41,554 nt of DNA from Fonticula alba ATCC 38817 (taxonomy: Eukaryota; Protista; Nucleariida), in the NCBI GenBank assembly GCA_000388065.2, contig KB932208.1; one strand, given 5' to 3'. Of this stretch, positions 12,364-20,965 are shown in pieces; within the stretch, counting starts at the first letter, position 1, and the number at the start of each line of letters is the position of its first letter. The notes under the pieces were generated by a model. It searched no databases and had not been told where the DNA came from. It saw only the letters and a list, made by a program, of their open reading frames with translations. Position numbers and translations under genes: made by a program.

Positions 12364-13191
12364 TTACTTCTTGTCAGAGGGCTGCAGGGGACGCCCCTCG
12401 AGGAAGTCCACATACATGGGAACCTGCTCAATCTTCGGCAGGCGGCTGAGAAGCTGCATGTAACGCTCGAGGTTGAACTTGCGCTCATCGACGAAGTGAT
12501 CATCCATGTGGTCAATCTGTGCCAGGACGCGGTGAGGGCGGCGCGCCGGCGCCGGATGATGCGAAGAGGGCCAGGTCAGCGTGGGGGGGGGGGGGAACGG
12601 GCAGAATGGCAGGCAGAATCCGACCGAGCACCTTCCCCGGCCGGGGGGAGAGAGGGGCTTGGACGTACCATGAACTTGGGGTGCTTCGGGGGGAAGACCG
12701 GGATGTTGGAGGCCAGGTGGTTGCCCTTGTAAGCCTTGCGGACCTGGGGGGAGGGAGGGGGGGGGGGAGCCAAGTCCGCACACATTCCGGAGCATGCAAA
12801 TCGAGGAGGGGGGCAGCAAAGAGTGAGTGGAGTCCAAAGGAGAAGGAGAGGGGAGAGGGGAGAGGGGGGGGGGGGAGAACGCGCGCGCGTGGCAACTACT
12901 GCACGCACCTCGTTGTGAAGGGTCACGAACTCGGAGAAGCGACGGAAGACCGAGTTGATGGTGCCCTTGTACGTGGCCTCAACCTTGTAGGACTGTGCGC
13001 GTGGGGAGGGGTGTGCAGGGACACGGGAGACCGGCGTGAGTGGGCGAAAGGGGGAAGAAGAAGAAGAAGAAGAGGCGGGTACAGGCGGAGGAGCAGCCAC
13101 GCTGGCGGGTGCGTACGATGAAGGTGGTGCCGCTCTGGTCGATGTGGGTCTCATAGATGGGGATCTTAATGAGGTAGTACTCGTTGGACAT
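12364..13191 (-). CDS. PX (Phox)-domain-only sorting nexin-like protein; 4 exons (13191-13117, 12992-12909, 12743-12669, 12516-12364), 128 aa
   Basis: The spliced product MSNEYYLIKIP...SYKVEATYKGTINSVFRRFSEFVTLHNEVRKAYKGNHLASNIPVFPPKHPKFMIDHMDDHFVDERKFNLERYMQLL carries the PX hallmarks RR[YF]S[DE]F..LH, P..PPK and F..ER...LE.Y. All three introns are phase 0 and GT-AG. Confidence 0.9.
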
Positions 13192-15179
13192 GGTGGCAAT
13201 GGCGCAGTGGGGGTGCTGGCGGCAACGGTGGGGATGCAAGCAGACGAAGAGGGAAAGGGGGAGGAAAGTGGCGGAGGGGTCTGGTGTCAGCGAGGACGCA
13301 TCAATCCCCTGGCAACCGACTGAAATATGTGCCCCCCCCTCTCACGCCTGGGCCTCTGGGGCGGCCGTGCCCCGGCCAGACGCATGTGCTTCGGCCATTC
13401 GTTGGCCAGAATCGGGCGACGGAAAATCAAAACACCCCGGCCGGAGCGCACGAGGGAAAGGGGCACTGGAACTGGCGCGCACAGGACCCCCCCCAGCCTC
13501 GAGAGGCCTGAGGCCCAACCGACGGGGGGCGGGGCGGGGGGGGGGGGGGACGGGGCGGCCGTCAGCCGCCCAACACCCTGGCCGCGAGACTGGTTTCTTC
13601 GGCCAAGACCAGGCACCGGTGCTCGGCTTGGTGGACACCAGCGAGAGCACTCCCACACGGCTCTTTCCCTAGCCCGCCTCCGTTCGCCCCCCCCCCTATC
13701 GTGGGAAGGGGGGCCAGGAGGAGCCGCCTGGAGCCATACGCGGGGGAGGTCGTCAGAAGGGGGCGAAAGCCGCACGGGGAGCCCGCACCCAGCCCGATCT
13801 CTATTCTCGTATCACCGACTTCCTCGAGGAGAAGGTCGGCGTCGCAAGGTGACTCTAATCGATCTCCCCGCTCTCCCCCCCCCCCCCCCCTGTCTCTCTC
13901 CCTCTCCGGGGGGAGGTGGCAGATCCAGCCATCCCCCAGGGAGGCCGCTGTTGCGTCCAGGCGCAGGGGGCGGACCACGCCCCCGGGGATGCAGGCATCT
14001 CCCGGGAGAGGGAGAGAAAGCGTGACCCGCTCTTGACAAGGGGTGGACTCCCCCCATCCCCCCGCTGGTGAGCGAGAGCACACCCTCGGGCATTTGAGCC
14101 CCGTGTGCAACCCCCCCCCCCCCGGCCCGGCCCGGGGTGGCGGGCGGCTCACAGAAGAAGGCCCAGCGTAATCTCGGCCTCGACGGGGCCCAAGCGATAC
14201 GGCCTCCGACGGGGCGGGGGTCTATCTGTCAGGCGACCGCGCTCGTCGGGGGCCCTTCGACGCACCGGCCGGGCCGACAGGAACACACCGGAAGGGCCCC
14301 GTGGACTTGGGTACACAAGTGCGCGAGCGTGGGGGGAGGGCAGACTGCTGGCAGACACACACACACATAGACATAGACATACACACGCAGATGCACACGC
14401 ATGAGTGCCAGTCAGCCCCAGGGGCTCGAGCCTGCTCTGGCCTCGCAGACAGGGGGGGCGGCCGGCCGGCGGGGGCGGAGTGTCAGCGCCCCTCGAACTC
14501 CCCAACAGCCAGCAGCCGGGCACATATCCAGCCCAGTCGGTCGCCGATGAGGCCAAGCCACCCGTGCCCCGAGGACCGATGGGGCTCCCCGCGGAGGACC
14601 CGCCGCAGCAGACTGGCACACATTTGGCGCGCGCGCCCACTTGCGTGCGCACGGGCGGATCATTCATGGCTTCCAGGACGCGGGCGGGTGCGCCTCCAGT
14701 GGAGTCCGTATATTCCCCTCGGGCGCATGTGATCCACTCCAGGTTAATGGCAGTTGGGTTAAGCGCTCTCCAATTGCCAACCCATTGGGATGTCGTTACT
14801 CTGTCAAGGAGCTTGGCTGATCGGCGAAGTTTGAAAATGCGGGATCTCCCGCGCGAGTGCGCGCGGGCGCGCGCGCGTCCGTGTGCCTCTGCCCCGCCGC
14901 CCTGTGCTTCGCCGCTGCCACCCCGGGAGAGGCGGACATTTTTTTCGGCCACCGGAAGGAGTGCCCGATCTCCGACCGGAAGCCGGGCAGCCCCTTCTGA
15001 TATGCTCCCTTCCCCTCTTCTTCTTCTTCTTCTTCTTTTTTTTTGCCCTCCCTGCAGCCACCACTCCACTTCTTGTTTCTTTCGTCACAAAGTGCCCTCC
15101 GCCAGCTGCACCGCCACACCCTTCACCTCGCCCACTCCCCAGCCCTCCACATCCGTGTGCACGTACACACATACAGCGG

Positions 15180-15196
15180 GTGAGCACGGGGGGGGC

Positions 15197-15229
<33 letters not shown>

Positions 15230-15256
15230 ATAGGAACACCTCTTCGCGCATCTCAG
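15180..15256 (+). other. Probable 77-nt 5'UTR intron of MIS12
   Basis: GTGAGC donor at 15180, internal (AC)n, and CTCAG acceptor ending at 15256, 9 nt before the ATG at 15266 (context aagccATGg). Confidence 0.5.
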
Positions 15257-15265
15257 TCTTAAGCC

Positions 15266-17472
15266 ATGGCTGTCGAGGACACCTCCCTACAGCCCCGCGG
15301 CCGGCGCACCACCACACGCTCCAGGGCCTCGGGCGGTGGTCGCGGCGGCGGCGGCGGCGGCGGCGGCGGCCGCGGCGGCGGCGGCGGTGACAAAATCTCG
15401 CCCGATGTTGGGCCGCCAAAAGCCCCGCCCTCGCCGCCGGACGCACCGGCCACAACACAGGCCCCCAGCCAAGCAAACAAGCCCGCTCCGGCCGGTGCCA
15501 AGGCCTTACCCGGTCCGGAGGAGAGCGCGGCCAGCTTTGAAATGGCGCCACGCCCGACCTCCGCACCGGAGCCACCTGCTACTCCTGCGGCCCCTGCGGC
15601 CCCTGCGGCTCCTGCGGCTCCTGCGGCTCCCGCTGTCCCGTCCAAGCGGCCAACTCCGGTGCCAATCGCCGAGGAAACGAGCCCGGCGAAGCGTGCGCGT
15701 CCTGACGCCTCGCGCCCGGCAACCCCGCCGGCTGTCAGCTCTCCGCCAGACTCGTCGGATACCGGGCCCACCTCACCGCCGCCAGTGCAGCGGCGCATTC
15801 CGCGCCTGACGTCGCCAGCTCCCCGGCACCCATACCGCGTGCCGGTGCCGCCGTCACCACTGCGCAAGATCCGCGCCTCCTTCGACGCCCTTTCCTCGGC
15901 CAGCTCGTCGTCGGACTCGGACTCCGGGGATGAGGGGCCGCTCGCGGCCGGGCGGCCCTCGGCCGCCGGGGCGACTGGCGCCTGGGATGCTCCGCATGTC
16001 ACGCCCCCTCGGTCGCAATCGACCGGCCATCGATCGCCCCCCCGGTCACCGAGCCCCTCGCGTCCCTCAAGGCCATCGGGCGGCATCTTGGCTAGCCGGC
16101 TGGCGCGGCCAAATATTGCGGCCTTCGGGGCCGATCTCCCGGGCCCGGCCGGGCCCGATGGCCGGCCCACAAGTGGCGATGGCTCTGCTGTGTCGAATGA
16201 CGGCGCCGCTGCGGCTTCGAGCTCGGTGGTGGCTGTCGCCACTGCGGCTGCGGCCGGCGCGGCCGCCGCACCGGCCGCCGCCGCTGACACCATCGAAGCT
16301 GCTGAGTCTGTTGAGGCTGCCGCCGTCGAGTCGGCCCGACAAATTAGCTTGATGTCTCCCTATGGGTTTGAGCGGGAGACTCAACTGCTGGGATTCTCGC
16401 CAGACGCCTACCTGGCCGCGGTGTCGGCCGCCTTTCACGATGCGGTCGAGGTGGCGGTTGCCGATGCCTTCAGCGCTGCCGCTGACCATCTCCCTCCGGA
16501 GAGTGACGACCCGATGGACGCCTCGCACGAGGAAGGAACTCGGCGCTTTTCCGAGGACCACCTGACCACGGTGCGCCCGGCGTCTCCCCCGCCCCTGTCC
16601 GCTTGGCTCCTCCTTTTGCCTTGCCTTTATGCTCTTTCCCTGCTCCACGGCCCTCTCCCCTTGGGCTCCCGTCTTGCCTGCCCGCTCACCGTGCCCGGTT
16701 CCCTTTGCAGCGCATGGATCGCTTTTTGGCGATCGCCCACTCCAAGTGCTCGGCCAAGGTGGACTTGGCGGCAAACTACGCCCGGAGGAGCATCTTTCGC
16801 ACGATCTCCGGGGCCCTTCCCCGGCCGCCGCCGGCGCCGCCAGCTGATGCAGTGCGCTTTGTTGCCCGCGAGACGGCATCACCGGGCGGGATGCTCTCCT
16901 CGGACGGGGGCATCCTGCCGAACTTGACCGAGGCGCGGAACTTGACCGGCAAACTCCTCGGCCAGACGGAGCGCCTCCTGGTGGATCTGGAATCGGTTCG
17001 TCTCCTGGCCGGGCTCCTTCGCCCTCCCTGCCCCCCCCCCCCCCCCGGCCGATCGCGCATTTGCACCTGAGATGTTTTTTCCTCTCCTTCCCTGTTCTGA
17101 CTCTCGGCTTTGTGCATGGCGCACACCGCACTCCTCGTCTTTCGGCAGGAACTTGATCGCCACCGACTGCTCGAGGCTCGGCTGCTGGAGATGCTAGAGC
17201 GGCGAGCCAATGCACAGCTTCACCATGCGGAGACGTTGCTCCAGGATGCCGAGGCTGGCCGGCCGGCGACTGCCGGCATCCCGCGCACCCCCACTCCACG
17301 GGAGGTGGCCGTGGCGCGGCACATGTCCCATGCATCCACCGGGGCTGGGGTCGATCGCGAGGTGGTCAAGTTCGTGGCTGACAATGCCGGGCAACTTGTG
17401 GCCAATTTGAACCAGGTCTTGGCTGCACTAGATCGCCGGCCACGCATGCGCTCGGACACGCCGGGGATATAG
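15266..17472 (+). CDS. MIS12: Kinetochore protein Mis12 with a long N-terminal low-complexity extension; 3 exons (15266-16570, 16711-16995, 17149-17472), about 637 aa
   Basis: MSPYGFERETQLLGFSPDAYLAAVSAAFHDAV matches the Mis12 N-terminal E.Q.[FL]GF[ST]P motif as I recall it. VDLAANYARRSIFR matches the Y..R.IF end of the Mis12 domain, and a coiled coil follows (ELDRHRLLEARLLEMLERRANAQL). Both introns are phase 0 and GT-AG. Confidence 0.8.
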
Positions 17473-17842
17473 TCCTCGAGAAATGGACATAGGCTTTTTC
17501 GATGCATGTGCCTTTCAGATGGTGGGACTGCTTGTCATGTTGTCTGGCAAGAGGTTCAATATCAGCGGAGGGGGGGAGATTCAGTCTCTTTGTCTATTTT
17601 GCGTTCACCGGCCGGGGGAGGGGGCGAAGTCGGGCGGCATGCAGGAGAGCGGGAGTGGGCATAGAGGCGCCGCGGAAGGACTGGCCTGTTGGTTGCTATT
17701 ATGTTCTGGTGCGGTCTGGGCTTGTGTGTTTGTTCGTTGTATTTTTTCACGGGGGGGGAGGGAGCAACGATATCGGGATATGGACGAGTACTTGCCGGGT
17801 TTTTCGGTCCTCCTCGCGCGCTGGCGGCCATACGCGGCGAGA

Positions 17843-18614
17843 CTAGTAGAAGTAACGCAGTGCTAGATTGTAGGGCACATTGTAGCCAGTCAGTAGGGCC
17901 AGCAGCGGGGTGAAGACCAAGAACACGGCGGCCGGCGCCAGGAGGATGACCGAATGCTTGACCGTGGGCAGGGCTGATCAAAGGGGGAGCAGGGCCGGGG
18001 ATGGACGGCGGAAAAGAGGGTCAGTCAAGGCCGGAGGGGGGGACTAGGGGCTCGGCCATGGGTGCGCAGCGCACCACCATAACCCAGGGCGACGATGTAA
18101 CAGTAGTGAAAGACGCCGATTGACAGGAGAAGGTTCGCCACAAAGGCGGCCAGCCGTCCGGCTGAGGCGGCCAGCGTCCAGCTCGACAGGATCCACAGCA
18201 GGAACCAAGCAAGAGCCATGCCAACCGTGGCGTTGAGGTGGATTTCCAGCGAGAAGAGCGGCTCAACCGCCTCATGCGGGTGTGTCGGGAGAGCCTGCTG
18301 GGAGAAGTCGCGCCGCAGGACGCGTTCAGCAACAAGCCTACGGATCGGGTTGTGATGGGGGGGGGGGGGGGGGACGGGCGAAGTGGCCAAAGGTCAGCAT
18401 ATGGGCATGGTCATGGACAGGATCAGCCACTCGGAGGTGACGCGGCAGGAGATCCAGCGCACCAGGTGAAGCAGGCACCAGCGACGCAGGAGAAAAGAAG
18501 CCACTCAAGCAGGAAAATGCGCAGAGCCCCGAAGAAGGCCGACAAGATTGACCGTTTGACCGTGAGACCGATGAGCAGTGAAAGAGCTATTTACGGGACC
18601 ATCAGTAAACAATG

Positions 18615-18647
<33 letters not shown>

Positions 18648-19773
18648 GGAGGGAGAGAGAGAGGGGGAGAGAGAGAGGGAGGGAGGGAGGGAGGGAGGGA
18701 GAGAGCGCGCAAGCGAGCGAGAGCGAGTGTGTGAGCGAGTGTGTGTGTGTGTGTGTGTGCCACTGTGGTATTCAGAAAGCACAAGAAAAGGCTCAAACAT
18801 TGGTTGGCGCCCGACATACCGAAAACCAGCACCCCAGTAATGATGTATGACGCGGGATCATCTCGAGCCCAGGAACCGGTCGAGTGCTTGCGGTAGTACG
18901 ACGAGCGGTAGCTGCAGACGAGGGTGGCAAGGCAGGGGAGGGCGGTGGTTAGCTGACACCGTGGGCCGGAGAGAAGGAAGGGGGCCCGGCACGAGGGCCG
19001 GTACGCGGGGCAGCCGGCTGCCTGTTGTGAAGGAGAGCGCACACTTGCCGCGGGGAGATCAGCAACTGGGCCACGGTCCAGAAGGCCATCTCGAAGTCCA
19101 TTTGGTCGCGGCGGGTGGCTCGCCGTGCCATGCGCGTTAACCGGTGCTTCAGGGTCCCCAACGAAGCGGGGGCCATTCCACGCGAGGAGGAGAAGATGCT
19201 GGACGTGTGCGGCGCTCGGCCGAGGGTGCCTGCCCCGGACCCACCGGCGCCAGGACCCCCAAGCAACGCTGACGGATGGCCATAGAGCGCGCTGACGGTC
19301 GGCCCGCCATGGTGGCTGTGGCCACTCGGCAGGGAGACGCCTGACGAGAAGGGCGCCCCGCCCGGGGCCGGGATGGTCAGCGACGCGGAGGAGAGCTTGG
19401 CAAAGGGCGCCACGGCGGGGGTCGAGTATGCCGGAGGCCCGGGCTCCGGAGCCGGCGGGCTGCCATTGTTGCTGCTGCTGCTGCTGCTGCTGATGTTGGC
19501 GTTGCTGCTGGCCACCGCTGGGATCGCACCCCCGGGGCTCGACAGGTCGGCCATGTTCGACGGGAGGGGGGTCTGAGGCAGGCCACCGGTGAGGGGCGAT
19601 CGCGCGGCCGCGGGGCCATCACCGCCAGGATGTAGCGGCGAGGACACCGCCGTCGGAGGAAGGGGACTGGCCGGCATGGCGCCTGGACCAAAGGGGGGCT
19701 GGTGCGCTGGAGCCGCATCGGCCAACGGGGGCTCCGCACTCAGGCTGGGCATGGCAACTGTCGACGGTATCAT
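17843..19773 (-). CDS. UNC50: UNC-50/Gmh1 Golgi multipass membrane protein; 5 exons (19773-19043, 18911-18820, 18586-18463, 18337-18075, 17973-17843), about 446 aa
   Basis: Family motifs QMDFEMAFW...ISPRQVYRSSYYRK...WARDDPA, VEPLFSLEIHLNA and ALGYGALPTVKHSVILL, with several hydrophobic helices. Spliced length is 1341 nt = 447 codons. The start codon is uncertain (19773 or 19752). Confidence 0.9.
18615..18760. repeat. Compound (TG)n/(AG)n/(GGGA)n microsatellite in UNC50 intron 2
   Basis: Read directly from the sequence. Confidence 0.9.
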
Positions 19774-20123
19774 CGACCTAGTGCAGGTGGGAGTGGTGGG
19801 GGAGAGGGAGGAAAAATGGGGGACAAGGGCGCGAAAGGAAACGGCGATATATGGGTGAGGGGAGATGGAGAAGGGAGGGGCGAGGCGGGTAGGGGGCAGG
19901 GGATTCCACTGGGCTCCGCGGCGCGGCTCTCCTTCAACTCCTCCCCTGGCTGGATGGGGGGGGGGGGGCGCCACAAACTGGCGGTCCCTGTCAGGCAGGC
20001 AGGTGTGCGCGGAGCTGCGATAGCCGAACAAGGAGGGGCCGAATGCTCGGCTGCCCGATCCACCTTGGGGAGGTCCCGATCATGTCAGACGGAACGCTGC
20101 CAGCCTGGGGGGTGGGGATCGGC

Positions 20124-20125
<2 letters not shown>

Positions 20126-20165
<40 letters not shown>

Positions 20166-20189
20166 AAGCGGATGGGGGGGGGGGGGGGG
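20126..20189. repeat. G39 and G16 homopolymer runs upstream of UNC50
   Basis: G runs at 20126-20164 and 20174-20189. Run lengths may be assembly-imprecise. Confidence 0.9.
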
Positions 20190-20563
20190 CAGACAGACCC
20201 GGCGCTGCCGCCACAACACGGTGCCGGGCAATTAAGGGACAGTTGGCAGCAGAGAAGCAGCGGCCGCGGTGGCAACGCCGCAGCAGCAGCCGCGGCAGCT
20301 CGCCATCGGAAGACAAGACCAAGCAAGGGGCCGTGGGCCGTCTCCGGTCCGGTTGTCCCGGCGCCGAGCGGGCCCTCGATGGGATTCCAACCAGGGGGCA
20401 GGGCAGGAGGTGGAACCAGCCACACCGCCAGGCGGGCGGCCTTTCCAGAGAGATCTCACACGAATTGGCCGGGCTGGAAACGCCGCGCCGAGGGGGGGGG
20501 GGGGCGGGCCACGGTCAACCAAAGAGCCCAAGCATTTGACGCCAGATTGGGACCCCCCCTGTA

Positions 20564-20635
20564 AGCGACTTGGCGCAGGGGAAGCGTGTTGGGCTCATAA
20601 CCCAAAGGTCGGTGGATCGAAACCACCAGTCGCTA
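20564..20635 (+). tRNA. tRNA-iMet(CAT): Initiator tRNA-Met (anticodon CAT), intronless
   Basis: Full cloverleaf: acceptor stem AGCGACT/AGTCGCT with A1:U72, three consecutive G:C pairs in the anticodon stem (GGG/CCC), and T-loop ATCGAAA (A54, A60). All are eukaryotic initiator hallmarks. Confidence 0.97.
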
Positions 20636-20644
20636 TACCTTCAC

Positions 20645-20649
20645 TTTTT
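20645..20649 (+). terminator. Pol III T-run terminator of tRNA-iMet
   Basis: TTTTT 10 nt downstream of the discriminator base. Confidence 0.75.
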
Positions 20650-20965
20650 GGCCAGCCTCACCAGGGCACACTGCCCGACCGTCGGGAGAGGAGGAGAGGG
20701 GGGAAAGGCGCGCACGCACGCCGCGCGCCCCTGTGTGTGGCCCGCCGTCCTCCCTGCGAGAAAAGCACACAACCGAGAGACCCAAATGGCGGGGCTACCC
20801 CGAGGAGAGGAGAGAAAAAAAGGGGGGGGGGGGGGCAATCGACCGGGGGAAACGCGTGTATTTGTTGCTTGCCTACCCCCCCGAGAGAGGGGGGGGGGAG
20901 GGAGGGGCGCGGAGGCCCCGCCCCGCCCCGCCCCGCCCCAGCCATGCACATCCGCCTGGGCCGGC

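Noticed and set aside
14149-15262. Overlapping 306-aa (-) and 285-aa (+) ORFs upstream of MIS12
   Set aside because: No recognisable domain or splice structure. They run through microsatellites and homopolymers of the divergent promoter region.
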